Source of the DNA: a virus | Lineage: Duplodnaviria > Caudoviricetes | IMG/VR virus record: IMGVR_UViG_3300009149_000034 | Span: 1 to 62,997 of that record | DNA length: 62,997 nt | Reading direction: 5' to 3' (one strand) | In this document: piece by piece, positions 35,901 to 46,832 of the stretch | Position numbering within the stretch: the first letter of the stretch is position 1 | Layout: the number at the start of each line of letters is the position of its first letter | The notes under the pieces: model-generated | Databases searched by the model: none | Told to the model about the DNA's origin: nothing | Seen by the model: the letters and a program-made list of their open reading frames with translations, nothing else | Made by a program: the position numbers and the translations under genes

Positions 35901-38900
35901 CTACGGGTAAATATATGGTGATCCTCCGTCATTCACAAACAGACTAATAGCCCTATCCACCATCTCTGACGGGGACGGAGAAGCGCCTATAACCTTGCGT
36001 ACGTACCCAGGATCTTCCCCCCCAATACATATAGGCGTGAGTCCTATCGTAGTATCCGGAATAGGGGTAGTTCCTACATTAACTACGTCTAACCCTAAAC
36101 CCGTAAAATCTACAGTAATTCCAGCATCCCAGGCGGTAAGTGGAGTAACTGTGAATGCTGTAGCCGAGTCAGGGTCATAGTCAACAGTGTAATCAGTATT
36201 CTCGACTAGCGGATCACCCCCGTTAACTGTCGCATTTAGTATAAACTTAAGTATGCGTTCACTTGCGGCCATAGGTAGAACAAAAGGAGCGTCCACACCA
36301 CCTGATGTAACAAATCCAACAGGTACCGCAATAAATTTAACATACCTAAAATAGTCACCAATCTTCATATACCTATCAGATAACCCGATACCTAAAAAAT
36401 GATCAGGTGTATCTAAGGTATCGGCTCCATATCCAAATGAAAACGCCCAATAGTAATCGAAGACTTCGGTTAACGCCGCAATATCTTCATATGGACGTAC
36501 GGGCTCTACATAAGGATATGTATAAGACGGCTTAGCTACCAGAACTAACTCATCTAAATCTTGAATGAACTCATCGGTATAATCTAACTTATCGGAGAAT
36601 TTCACATAGAACATGTGAAACTTCAGGTATCTATCAAACAGTATGAAGGCGGCACAGTGTCTTAATGAAGCAGCGTCAGGGACTAAAGTAACGTTACCAT
36701 CATCATCAGCACCTATGAATAAACCAGGATCTCCTATCCTGGCATCATCCGAAGGACCAATGATATTCTCATATAGCTCAGTAGCAGCTATACGTCTAGG
36801 TCGGGAGGCACTAGGCCAAAGCATCTCAGGAATTACCTTATCGTAGTACCACTGTGCATCTTCTATATAATCCGTAACAGTAAATGCCGTAGTCAGGGGC
36901 TCAAATGACCTAAATGTTAATGTGCCCCAATTAGACGAGTCCATGATATCGTCACGTATCGGAATGTTATAGGGGTACTGGTATACACGTTGATCCGTCG
37001 TTATTGTTTTTAAGTAATCTCTTGTTTCTACCCACTCAAGAGTAGCCTCATTAACTACACCGTATTCTGCCTCTACTTCAACGGTGTTAGTATCAATGAC
37101 ATTCAAAATCTTAAAGCGCCCTATATTCAATTCCTCTGTAGCTTGTTCAATAACAATACTACGTCCCACATCTATCTCCGCGAATGTAGCAGACAAAGAC
37201 TGAAAGCGAGGATAGGGATGCAGTGCTGTGGGTGATAAGAATTCACCATCCGCACCGCTCTGAGTTACCCCATTACCGTAAGACTGGAGAATCTCACCAT
37301 CATTGCGCACTAAACGCAAACCTGCAGTTACGTTCAAAGCAGCCTCAATACGCTCCAGAGATGGTCCCAGGATATACAGCTGCATAATACCACGTAAAAA
37401 CGACTTGTACACTTCAGACGAAACGCTGAACCTATTTAAGAGGTCACCATAAACATAAAATAGGTTGAAGCGGTCAACAGTAACTTGTGGTACCCAAAAT
37501 GCTACCTGCTTAACCTTACCCTCGGTGTACTCCTCGAGAGACCCACCTGTACCGAATACAACTTCGTGCAACCATGTATAGGTACATGTATGTATTAACA
37601 GAGGCTCTATAGGTCGAAGAGGTGTGAAACGACCGTTAAGGTAATCTACTTCATAGTCGACGCCCTCTACAACTCTGCCTGAGTAATACCGATGCGCATG
37701 AGCTACAAAGTTACTGATATGTCTCACGCCGGGAAATACTGTTTGAGGTGCTGTTTGTGCTATTGTCCAAGAGGTAGATGAAGTCGATGTTGTATCAGCG
37801 TCGGCCACTAAGTAATCAATGATAGCTATATTAGCAGCTACCCACTCCTTTATGACATAGACACCGGCGTTAGGGTTACCTTCAGGAATTATAAACCACT
37901 TATAGTCAGACAACGCTGTAGGGCCACCTAAGTCATCAGTCCCTATACCTAAATAAAAAGGTGACACTGTATTTGTTGTTACCTGTACATAGGTACCTGC
38001 AAACGACAAGGTCACAGCACTGGGGAATGTAGTCTCAGTCGCTATGGTAGGTAGAGTGTTAAGTGGTGTACCTATAGCTTCTAACCCAGGACGCTCTCTA
38101 ACCACTGAATATATGACATCAGACGGCACAGACAAAGAGAAGGGGCTATCTACATCTCCTACTAGGTATGTATCATCGATATAGTCAATTCTAGAATCCC
38201 TAAACTCCTCAAAGTAAACACCCCGGCGCAACTTCCAACTCAATGGTCCTGGAGCTGTCACTAAAGGTGAATGCTGTGTGACATGTAACCGTACAGACGC
38301 AGGGCTCAGGATAGCACTAATGACATAAAGACCGTTATACTCAGGATTAGTTGCATCATAAATCTGGATAACATCTTGTAAGTTATTCGATGTGAATCCT
38401 GTGTAAGTAGCTGATACAAAAGTTATTGTTGATCCCGCTACAGTATATGTGCCATCAGAAGCTAACGGAAAAGTAGCAGTATCTAAATCAACGCCGGCGT
38501 AACCATCCAGTCGAAGCGTATCACCTCTTTGTACATCCGTATTCGAATACCATGACTCTGTACGACGGACGTCAGTCATGCGGTTACCCGTATTCAGTGT
38601 AATATATCTCCACGCTACGCCCTGCAGTGGTAACACATCACCTTCTACGGTGGTATGAACTCGAAAGATGTCATCCTTGAATCGAATATAGCCGTCATTA
38701 TTCTCTACTTCAAAATCAACGTCTCTCTCTAAGAGAACATCAGGAGAAAATATAGTATTCTGTAGATAGTTGATACTGACACTATCTCCAGGCATGTCGT
38801 AATAGAACCTGTTATCCTCTGGGGCACTTCCCTCTATGAAGAGAAGTTCATCTTCTCGAATCGAGAATAATTTCCACTGTTCTTTGTTGAAGATAGGTGT

Positions 38901-39077
38901 GTCTACTATCCCGATATTTAAGATAGTACCCATCAAGTCTAGGTATGTTTGACCCAGATAAATTTCAGATGACTGGTAGTATGCCTCAAGATCTTCGGTG
39001 TCCCTCCAAAACCTTTGCCAGAAGGACGACAGCCCTTCAAGTAAAACGGATGATAGATCGCCTATGTTGGTAGCCAT
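35901..39077 (-). CDS. large baseplate wedge-like structural protein
   Basis: Follows the baseplate J-like gene; beta-rich, with EGVDYEVDY and ENTDYTVDY repeats and AKPSYT. Confidence 0.6.
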   Translation of the reverse strand: MATNIGDLSSVLLEGLSSFWQRFWRDTEDLEAYYQSSEIYLGQTYLDLMGTILNIGIVDTPIFNKEQWKLFSIREDELLFIEGSAPEDNRFYYDMPGDSVSINYLQNTIFSPDVLLERDVDFEVENNDGYIRFKDDIFRVHTTVEGDVLPLQGVAWRYITLNTGNRMTDVRRTESWYSNTDVQRGDTLRLDGYAGVDLDTATFPLASDGTYTVAGSTITFVSATYTGFTSNNLQDVIQIYDATNPEYNGLYVISAILSPASVRLHVTQHSPLVTAPGPLSWKLRRGVYFEEFRDSRIDYIDDTYLVGDVDSPFSLSVPSDVIYSVVRERPGLEAIGTPLNTLPTIATETTFPSAVTLSFAGTYVQVTTNTVSPFYLGIGTDDLGGPTALSDYKWFIIPEGNPNAGVYVIKEWVAANIAIIDYLVADADTTSTSSTSWTIAQTAPQTVFPGVRHISNFVAHAHRYYSGRVVEGVDYEVDYLNGRFTPLRPIEPLLIHTCTYTWLHEVVFGTGGSLEEYTEGKVKQVAFWVPQVTVDRFNLFYVYGDLLNRFSVSSEVYKSFLRGIMQLYILGPSLERIEAALNVTAGLRLVRNDGEILQSYGNGVTQSGADGEFLSPTALHPYPRFQSLSATFAEIDVGRSIVIEQATEELNIGRFKILNVIDTNTVEVEAEYGVVNEATLEWVETRDYLKTITTDQRVYQYPYNIPIRDDIMDSSNWGTLTFRSFEPLTTAFTVTDYIEDAQWYYDKVIPEMLWPSASRPRRIAATELYENIIGPSDDARIGDPGLFIGADDDGNVTLVPDAASLRHCAAFILFDRYLKFHMFYVKFSDKLDYTDEFIQDLDELVLVAKPSYTYPYVEPVRPYEDIAALTEVFDYYWAFSFGYGADTLDTPDHFLGIGLSDRYMKIGDYFRYVKFIAVPVGFVTSGGVDAPFVLPMAASERILKFILNATVNGGDPLVENTDYTVDYDPDSATAFTVTPLTAWDAGITVDFTGLGLDVVNVGTTPIPDTTIGLTPICIGGEDPGYVRKVIGASPSPSEMVDRAISLFVNDGGSPYIYP

Positions 39078-39081
39078 ATGA

Positions 39082-41259
39082 CTAACCCTTTATATAGAAG
39101 CTGATGTTACTAGACTTGGCACGGTAGTTAACCGTTCTATCCGTTATCCCTAAATACCCATACCAACTAACTAGCGCCCCAGGAGTATTTATAAACGTCA
39201 ACGAGGACAACACTTGAGGCGCAACGATGCTATTACCATTGAGAAGTGTAGCTCCATTTGAGTTTAAATCAAAAATGGATACTACATCCTCTGTGGAGTA
39301 ACTGGCTATTTGACCATCTGGAGAATGTAGATGGTAATAGATAGTAAATGGGAATACTACGCCTATACCCGCGTACTCATTCCGCAGCTGCGTAGCTAAG
39401 TCAGAAAAATCGAGATCATCATTAGGATCAAAATTATTGATGTAGGTAGCCAAGAACTCTGCCGCGGCGCTATGGTCTAATGTATCTCCTGATGTAGGTT
39501 TCATCCTATAAGGAATGGTCATCTCGAGCCATATAGGATTCCTGGCCCGCACAAGTTGATTTGCGGCAGATATACGCCGGTCTCTGTTAGTTACGTAATC
39601 CGCCACATTGGTGAAGTCACTTAAGGTCTTGTACACTACACGTAAATTCTGCCCATCGAAATGATCTAAGTAGGATACCGCAGGACTAACTGATGGATCG
39701 ATATATCCTACTTGAATAAGTGTAACCGTATCTGCCGACTGGCCAGAAGTAGGGTTCAAAACCTGCACGCGGTACTGCGTTAATGACGGTTCTAGCATAG
39801 GCCCGACAGGATCAGAGTTAACCCTGTTGTTAAACACTATCGTCCCCGTAGACGGGTTGATTATTGCACCATCAGAAGCTAATGGCGACGTTATCTCTAC
39901 CCAAGTAACATCTTGTATAGGTACCCCTGCTAATACAATTACACCAGGTTCTTGTATATGCCGTGATGTACCTACGGGTATTGTAGGATCTGACGTAGAC
40001 TGTAAAGCGGTACGAACATAGTCACCGGGTAAGAGGGGAATATCATCGAAGCTGGGTGCGATATGCCCAATAGAATAAATTAAACCAGGGTCAGGATTAA
40101 GGGGTACTGACCAATCAACGGTCTTCTCGTCGTAAGCTTCGGAAAAAGGTACCCCCGCACTAATTAACAACTCAGTAGGGCGTACTTCCGTAACTGTATA
40201 ACCGAGTGGCGCACCAGATATACCCTCCCTAATATATATTACGTCACCTACACTTACCGCCGGCGCGTCCGTAAACTTGCGTCCTCCAGGATACCCATCC
40301 GCCGTATGGTCATCATTAGTGAGCCACGGATCACGAAACACGACCGCCTTACTATCGGGACGAGGGAAGTATCCTCCGATGGTACCCGACTCCTCCGCAT
40401 CAGTGTAAGGCATCTCTACATAGGTATCGAAGAATCCCCCTGTATGGATATCAATATGCGGGGCTATCTCGTATTTACGATCACGTACCATCTCAACCTC
40501 GCCCATACCAATGGTAAGGGTTTCAGTTATAGCAGGAAACTCTTCTTGAAGAACGGTGTCGCAAGAACGATTATTGATTAGATTACGAACAGTTATAGCT
40601 GTCTGCGCGCGATCAATCAAATCAGTTGTCGTCTCTACATTTTTACCTGTCTTTATATCGTAAAGATTCTCTGCGTAAGAGAAGTATGGAATACCGTTCT
40701 CAGAGTCGTATCCCACAAATTGTCCCGCCTCAATATTGTAGGATTCGCCTACAGCAGAAGCTACCAATGGTATGTCAACTACGTAGTCCACTAGTACACC
40801 ACTGCTATTGTACACAGGCAGAAGTGTTGAAGCAGGGATCGTATAAGGATCAACTAATGCATCGATGTAAAAAGCAGTCTCATTAGTTCTCCAGAATTTT
40901 GTGTCCAACGCGATAGATAGTGCTGTCTTCTGTAAGAAGTGGAACCTAGCTGTTGTTCTAGCAGCAGTACCTGTCTTTCTACTCAAGAACCAGTTAGACA
41001 GGATCTCATCCGCCGCTTGTGTTATGTCGTCTGCGTCTAAATCAGCCGCTTCGGATATACGGTATAGCGATTGTCGATCTCCAACTAAGTCTATCTCTCC
41101 ACGCAGATACGCGAATAAATAAGTAAAAGCTTTAACCGCTAGATCACGCATAGCGGTGCCTTTTTTGAATGAGGCGTCAGGCACCTGTTCAGTTAGAAAC
41201 GCGACTAAGAAATTCTCAGCATCCGTTAAATCTTCTTGTGAAATTCTTATGTCAGCCAT
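39082..41259 (-). CDS. baseplate J/gp6-like wedge protein
   Basis: GTAMRDL, FLSRKTGTAA, VGESYNIEAG, GKNVETTTDLIDR pattern; follows the gp25-like gene. Confidence 0.75.
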   Translation of the reverse strand: MADIRISQEDLTDAENFLVAFLTEQVPDASFKKGTAMRDLAVKAFTYLFAYLRGEIDLVGDRQSLYRISEAADLDADDITQAADEILSNWFLSRKTGTAARTTARFHFLQKTALSIALDTKFWRTNETAFYIDALVDPYTIPASTLLPVYNSSGVLVDYVVDIPLVASAVGESYNIEAGQFVGYDSENGIPYFSYAENLYDIKTGKNVETTTDLIDRAQTAITVRNLINNRSCDTVLQEEFPAITETLTIGMGEVEMVRDRKYEIAPHIDIHTGGFFDTYVEMPYTDAEESGTIGGYFPRPDSKAVVFRDPWLTNDDHTADGYPGGRKFTDAPAVSVGDVIYIREGISGAPLGYTVTEVRPTELLISAGVPFSEAYDEKTVDWSVPLNPDPGLIYSIGHIAPSFDDIPLLPGDYVRTALQSTSDPTIPVGTSRHIQEPGVIVLAGVPIQDVTWVEITSPLASDGAIINPSTGTIVFNNRVNSDPVGPMLEPSLTQYRVQVLNPTSGQSADTVTLIQVGYIDPSVSPAVSYLDHFDGQNLRVVYKTLSDFTNVADYVTNRDRRISAANQLVRARNPIWLEMTIPYRMKPTSGDTLDHSAAAEFLATYINNFDPNDDLDFSDLATQLRNEYAGIGVVFPFTIYYHLHSPDGQIASYSTEDVVSIFDLNSNGATLLNGNSIVAPQVLSSLTFINTPGALVSWYGYLGITDRTVNYRAKSSNISFYIKG

Positions 41260-41262
41260 GAT

Positions 41263-41709
41263 TTACCTATCCACTCCTTGCGGAGCTACTTGCACAGGTA
41301 TACTAGTGCCCGCCTCGTTAGATATCCTTACCCAAATAACTAACCCGTCCTTACCATCCGATGATCTAATAGAGAGGAGGTACGCATTCTGTAAACGTTC
41401 CTCAGGGGGAGACATACTCTCAATGTCCTGCGTCTTAACTTGGTCATTAGCATCAGAAAGAGCTACATACACAGCGTCTTCCGCGCTACTAACATCACTC
41501 ATATTACCGCCTACGAGAGTAGGGAAACTCGTACCGTAGTTAGGATCTAACGGGTCACTCCCCTTCTGGGTCATAAACGTTTTCAACCATCTATCTACTA
41601 GTGCCCATGCACCTGATATTTTAACAGATGCTTCATACCCAAAAGTAAACGTGCGAAATCCTCTCACCTCGTCTTCTGGTACCCCCCTAAAAAAGATGTC
41701 ATACGCCAT
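41263..41709 (-). CDS. gp25-like baseplate wedge/sheath initiator
   Basis: FMTQKGSDPLDPNYGTSF motif; start at ATG 41709. Confidence 0.7.
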   Translation of the reverse strand: MAYDIFFRGVPEDEVRGFRTFTFGYEASVKISGAWALVDRWLKTFMTQKGSDPLDPNYGTSFPTLVGGNMSDVSSAEDAVYVALSDANDQVKTQDIESMSPPEERLQNAYLLSIRSSDGKDGLVIWVRISNEAGTSIPVQVAPQGVDR

Positions 41710-41711
41710 AA

Positions 41712-43070
41712 TTAGCCCCACACTTCCTCTTCGTCCCATCCCCCCTGGTCTTCTTGTTCTAAGCCCTCTTCAACCCAGCTACTCGGAGTATTCTCTGACT
41801 GCTGGTAGAAAGTATACGCATTTGCGGTGGTTAGATCCATGTTACGTGACTCTTCTAGAGTTTCATTCGCTGACGAGTAATTACGTTCAGATCGCCCCGC
41901 GTTAGCAAATGAGATAGCCCGTGCCCGACCTATACCAGCGTAATAGATAGGAGACAACGCTTGTTCAGTAATACCTGATACCGACGATGCCGAGATAGGC
42001 TGCGTAATTATGTCCTTACTTGAATCTATATATTTAGAAGGAGCTACCCAGATATTCGATACATCAATAGTCGTATGTGAGGATACTAAAGCAAAAAATG
42101 AATCCCAAAGAGACTGATCTAAAAAGTGAGGAGATATATCAGGAAAAGATGACCCCTTAATGAAGTCATGCATCGTATACCCTGGCGCACTACCACTGTC
42201 CAATGAACGTCGAGAAATGCTAATAGTCTGCGGTATATTAAATGCGACCTCTAACTTCCTATATACAATACTTAATGTCAGTAATTGTGCGGACGTAAAA
42301 GCAAAATACTGAACATTACCTCCTGTATTCGGCGGTGTACCATCTGGACTCCACGTAGCACGCTCCTCGTTAGGGTGTTTCACCAAGTAAAACGCCTCTT
42401 CTAGCGTAATCGCTACCGCACTTTCGTTGGCAGCGTCAGATGAAAACATAATGTAATTAGCGTCTCCTACAACGGTTAAGTTGCCGGATCTATCAATCAT
42501 ATAATGCATGCATGTTCGAGATTTAGAACCTACAGCTGCTTGCAATGCGCCACTAACACGCTGGGGGTGTGACAATGTAGTACTATCAGAACCTTGCGCG
42601 ATGTACACCGTCTTGCCTTCGTGCTCATAAGGTACAACACCCATACCCGCTGCAGCGTTATTTAACCATCCACCCCAGCCGCGGCTACCTGGTACATTAG
42701 TGGCGTGCCAGGCATGGCCGTATGAATGTAAAACAATGTGCTTTATCTCTCTGGGAGTTCCAGGCATCTCATACCCTAACTTAGGCGCTGGTACATGAGA
42801 TACAGTCACTGTCGATGGAAACCCTTCTGCGCTCATTACCCGTTGTGGTATCGTACCACTCTGGCTAGGTCGTTCAGATCGAGCGCGAAGGTTATACTTT
42901 GCCGCGGCATTACCTTTAGTTTCCAATGCTAACTTATGCAACGAGTCAAGCCATGGACTAACTGCGTAAGCATCAGTAACGTCAGGTGCTTCATAACCAG
43001 AAACTAAGTCTTCTGGCATACGCGTCTCGAGTGCCGTCAAGGCATCTTGTTGTTCCTGCGTAAGCGCCAT
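41712..43070 (-). CDS. amidase_2-like domain protein in the baseplate module
   Basis: HIVLHS, HYMIDRSG, ANESAVAITLE, FTSAQL, MHD...PD pattern. Confidence 0.65.
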   Translation of the reverse strand: MALTQEQQDALTALETRMPEDLVSGYEAPDVTDAYAVSPWLDSLHKLALETKGNAAAKYNLRARSERPSQSGTIPQRVMSAEGFPSTVTVSHVPAPKLGYEMPGTPREIKHIVLHSYGHAWHATNVPGSRGWGGWLNNAAAGMGVVPYEHEGKTVYIAQGSDSTTLSHPQRVSGALQAAVGSKSRTCMHYMIDRSGNLTVVGDANYIMFSSDAANESAVAITLEEAFYLVKHPNEERATWSPDGTPPNTGGNVQYFAFTSAQLLTLSIVYRKLEVAFNIPQTISISRRSLDSGSAPGYTMHDFIKGSSFPDISPHFLDQSLWDSFFALVSSHTTIDVSNIWVAPSKYIDSSKDIITQPISASSVSGITEQALSPIYYAGIGRARAISFANAGRSERNYSSANETLEESRNMDLTTANAYTFYQQSENTPSSWVEEGLEQEDQGGWDEEEVWG

Positions 43071-43768
43071 TAGTACTTACCACCCTGGATATCTTTAATG
43101 CTATCGACGAACTTACGTTTACGATAACTTAACTGTCCTTGTGTAAGATTGTGCTGGCGCATCAACTCTGTGTTATTCAAGGATCTTCCTCCCCCGTACC
43201 CAGTGATGTCCTCAAACAGCTTCTGGTCAGACTTAGGTAAACCGTGGTAATAAAAATCAACTAGTCCGTTATCGGATGTACTATCTTCGACGAATGCACC
43301 TTCCGACTCCACTAATTCCCGCCTACCAAAAGACCGCGTAAAATCTTCTACCTTCTTAGGGGTCCAACCTAATTCATCAGCCAACTCTTCAGTTGTAGCG
43401 TCTTGCCCCGTAGAGTCGTATATCTTATTCTTCGCTACAGCGAAGGTATTGAAGAGTACCTGCTTATTCTCAGGTAACCTGGCTACATTCTGATAGGGAT
43501 AAACATGCCGAGACAGTTTACGTAGACGGCTGGCTACGTGTGTACCTATCGCAGCCCCCATATTAGGGTTATATGTGTCTAACGCCCCTACAGTGAGCAT
43601 CCTAGCTTTAGACTCTAACGCGGGTCTGGGTACAGTACTTCCCCACTTCTGCACCTCACGTTGCATTAGAGGATTAAGTCTATCCAAGAGTAACTTGAGC
43701 GTTTGTGGATCTTTCGTCTTTCTCCACTCACCCCATAATTCTAGGTCTTCTTCTTGCCTACTCTGCAT
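43070..43768 (-). CDS. compact sigma-factor-like protein (regions 2-4)
   Basis: ALDTYNPNMGAAIGTH (region 2), GQDATTEELADELGW (region 3), C-terminal HTH. Confidence 0.75.
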   Translation of the reverse strand: MQSRQEEDLELWGEWRKTKDPQTLKLLLDRLNPLMQREVQKWGSTVPRPALESKARMLTVGALDTYNPNMGAAIGTHVASRLRKLSRHVYPYQNVARLPENKQVLFNTFAVAKNKIYDSTGQDATTEELADELGWTPKKVEDFTRSFGRRELVESEGAFVEDSTSDNGLVDFYYHGLPKSDQKLFEDITGYGGGRSLNNTELMRQHNLTQGQLSYRKRKFVDSIKDIQGGKY

Positions 43769-43771
43769 AAC

Positions 43772-46333
43772 CTACTCCTGGAACGCGATATGTCCATCAG
43801 AAGAATATAGGATTTTCCTGTACAACTCCAATGTAGTATCCCAGTCATATCTGGTCTGAGGGATATCTCCATGGGTATCGTCCATAGGACGCCAACCGTC
43901 TGTACCTGTACCTGTGGGAGAACGTTCTTCATCGTCGCTAACGTTCGTAAATTTAGATCCCGGATCAATCCCCGTACCTTGTTTTAGCTTATAAATTCTA
44001 GACCAGAAAACAGCCCCCCCTGTTTCTTTGTCTGGTGTAGGATCACGTAACTTACTGTAGAAGGACGTATTTTTACCTTGTAAAACGTTATCTTTAATCA
44101 ACGTATCAATAGGTTTATTGTGCCACAACTCAACATACTCTTCTAAAGTACAAACCGGCCTTGAGATTAGACGCATGGCATCATCGTAATTATCGAATGC
44201 TGCCTTATATTGCTCTGTAGGTGCCAGGATAAGCCTGTCAGTATCCTCGTACTGAAGAACATCGTCCTGATTATATACTACAGCTTTACCAGTCGTAGTA
44301 AGTATATCCGGGTCCTTACGGAAGAAGAGAGAGTCATAAAAGGTCGACGCCTTCTCAGGATCTTGTAATATATCTCGTACGGTACTTAGCGGCTCTTTCA
44401 CCTGATCCCTGGAGTTCTCAACTAGTGTACGGGTGAAAGACATAATGATACTAGTCGACATAGTAGGTGTATCCCCACCTGCAACCCACCGGTGCTGTAC
44501 AGAACCAATATACCCTATAAGATGTAGCCCAGACATTTTTGAGTCAAAGACTACTCCTGGGAATCCTGGAACAGCGTAAGGATTAAAATTTGATCCTGCA
44601 CTGGATTGACGCGCCTCGTACCTAGCACGATAATACTCATACTTAGTGTACATAGCTAAAAGGGCTTTAGCACCCTTAGTAAATTTTACAGACTTATTCT
44701 TTGGTTTAACCGTGGTATCCGCCTGTGGCGTATTCTGTAATTCTGCAATAGCCTCATCTGGTATTTCGACACCATTATATGTACCAGCCTTAGGCCCACT
44801 AGACTTCTTAGTACCACTATAACTCTTCTGAATATTACGTATCCAAGGGGGTGTACTGAGTTCTCTAATTACAGGGCCCTTGTATGTCTCTTCTGATGAG
44901 ATGATAAAGTTATCTTCATTTGACCCTGGAGCCTTAATGTACTGCTGCATACGCTTATATACAGCCCATGGAAAACCTGAAGATAGTTCTTGTTGTACTA
45001 GCTTACGAAATAGCGGTCCCGTACCCGATGATAACTTCCTAGCCATAGAAGATCCACGCCCACCACGCATCTTTACACGGGTAGGTTGCTCCATATAGTT
45101 CTCTGTAAAAGAGATCCGTTCTACCATAGAAGGAAAGAACATATTACACATCGGTGCTAACGATACAAAACATTGTGGTTTAACGAAGAAATTAGCTAAC
45201 CCTCTGAAGTTGGAATCACCCTTAGCTTCCTTACCTACAATGTTACCTACTATCTTTTGTACACCAACAGCTGGGGGTGAAGGGATCATTGCTACTTCCA
45301 TGTACATCTTAGTGTACACACGCATAAACATATCCCACGCATTTCCAGCTCTACTACCAGCATGTTTCTTTAAAGCACGTAAGGCTTTATAGCCACCTGT
45401 CTCCTTGATAAGAGGAAATATACCTCCCCCGGTGTAGTCATCCTCAAATAAGGGGAGAGCGACCCATCGTTTATGAAATCCTACCATCTTCATCCACCGA
45501 GCGAAAAAATTCTTCATAATTACGCCGGCTTGAGCTCGTGATAGCTTCTGTTGTGACTTGGCATAAGCGTCATTACTTACAGCTAATTCATTGAGACTCT
45601 CTACTTTTGCATTTAGCGCATCTCGTTCCGCGTCTGTAATACCTGGCTTATCCAATTCAGCATTGATCTTCTCTAGGTCATTCTTACTAGGAGACGCAAC
45701 AGGGCGCAGGATAGATTTCAAAACGAAAAGGACTAGATCGATGGGTCGTGATATAGGGCTACTCTTCAAAATATCTACGGTATACGGCTTTACCGCAGCT
45801 GCTGAAACATTCTCCGCTGCGCCCGCGTCTACCGTAGTATCTAATTCTGACTCAAAATTATCAGTTACAGACCCAGTATATCCTGCGTCTACACCATCAA
45901 GGTTATTCTCACCTGTAAAAGGGTTGAGATACTCGCCGGCGTCTTTACGTTTAACTTTTTCATTATATGCTGACAACTTACTAAAGCGTATCTGCTTGAA
46001 TATTTGTATCTGAGATACACAATGCAAAACTAAACTGCGCCCATTAGATGACGACGCATACGACCATCCTATTACCTCAAATTCACCCATGAGTCTGAAT
46101 TGGGGGTTAGCGGGTTCAATAAACTCATCTAAAAAGAATAGTGCTATCTGCAAACGATCCTGTTCACCTATACGTTCGATTATAGGGTGCGGCGTCATAG
46201 TTATATTAGCTGTTGGCATCTGCCATACGCCGTATGAGATATCCACGCCATTGACGGGTATCTCTAAGCCATTGATGTAGCAGAGCCACGCCGCCTGATA
46301 GAACTTAGTGGGTGTAAAGGTCTTATTCGCCAT
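43772..46333 (-). CDS. putative baseplate hub/tail protein
   Basis: 853 aa; N-terminal LCYINGLEIPV and FNPYAVPGFPG...GYIGSVQH; position in the tail module. Confidence 0.5.
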   Translation of the reverse strand: MANKTFTPTKFYQAAWLCYINGLEIPVNGVDISYGVWQMPTANITMTPHPIIERIGEQDRLQIALFFLDEFIEPANPQFRLMGEFEVIGWSYASSSNGRSLVLHCVSQIQIFKQIRFSKLSAYNEKVKRKDAGEYLNPFTGENNLDGVDAGYTGSVTDNFESELDTTVDAGAAENVSAAAVKPYTVDILKSSPISRPIDLVLFVLKSILRPVASPSKNDLEKINAELDKPGITDAERDALNAKVESLNELAVSNDAYAKSQQKLSRAQAGVIMKNFFARWMKMVGFHKRWVALPLFEDDYTGGGIFPLIKETGGYKALRALKKHAGSRAGNAWDMFMRVYTKMYMEVAMIPSPPAVGVQKIVGNIVGKEAKGDSNFRGLANFFVKPQCFVSLAPMCNMFFPSMVERISFTENYMEQPTRVKMRGGRGSSMARKLSSGTGPLFRKLVQQELSSGFPWAVYKRMQQYIKAPGSNEDNFIISSEETYKGPVIRELSTPPWIRNIQKSYSGTKKSSGPKAGTYNGVEIPDEAIAELQNTPQADTTVKPKNKSVKFTKGAKALLAMYTKYEYYRARYEARQSSAGSNFNPYAVPGFPGVVFDSKMSGLHLIGYIGSVQHRWVAGGDTPTMSTSIIMSFTRTLVENSRDQVKEPLSTVRDILQDPEKASTFYDSLFFRKDPDILTTTGKAVVYNQDDVLQYEDTDRLILAPTEQYKAAFDNYDDAMRLISRPVCTLEEYVELWHNKPIDTLIKDNVLQGKNTSFYSKLRDPTPDKETGGAVFWSRIYKLKQGTGIDPGSKFTNVSDDEERSPTGTGTDGWRPMDDTHGDIPQTRYDWDTTLELYRKILYSSDGHIAFQE

Positions 46334-46334
46334 C

Positions 46335-46829
46335 CTACACCCCTAGTTCTATTAGAGTAGCAATAACAATGATCGCGCAATAGCCTGACACACGTACAAT
46401 CGGACTATGTGAACTTACTGCAGAGGAAACAACATCTGCTTGTGGTCCCTGTAATCCATGTACTTTTAACAACTGAGGGGCCGTTGTGTACTCAACCCCC
46501 TGGTATGCTATGTCCATATCTATGTTTATAGCTGTACGTTTTTCACAAATGAGTGTTTGTAATAGTGCTCGGTCATTGTACACGTTTGTGACAATAGGTC
46601 CGAGGTCGCTATTTACAGTACGTAAAACACACTCCCTAGTTCTAACGGCGGCTAATTGTGTATCTACAATATATGCCAACAGTGTTTTACGTTGTAATTC
46701 AATGTCAGCCATAATAGTGAATGGTTGAGCCATGCGCACTTCCAGATCCGTCATGGGACCCCTATGGCAATCCCGTATCGACGGTTCTGCCGGGTATCCA
46801 GAAGTATAAAAGTCCCACTCAAAGCTCAT
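46335..46829 (-). CDS. hypothetical protein
   Basis: Tightly packed in the - strand operon. Confidence 0.7.
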   Translation of the reverse strand: MSFEWDFYTSGYPAEPSIRDCHRGPMTDLEVRMAQPFTIMADIELQRKTLLAYIVDTQLAAVRTRECVLRTVNSDLGPIVTNVYNDRALLQTLICEKRTAINIDMDIAYQGVEYTTAPQLLKVHGLQGPQADVVSSAVSSHSPIVRVSGYCAIIVIATLIELGV

Positions 46830-46832
46830 AGT

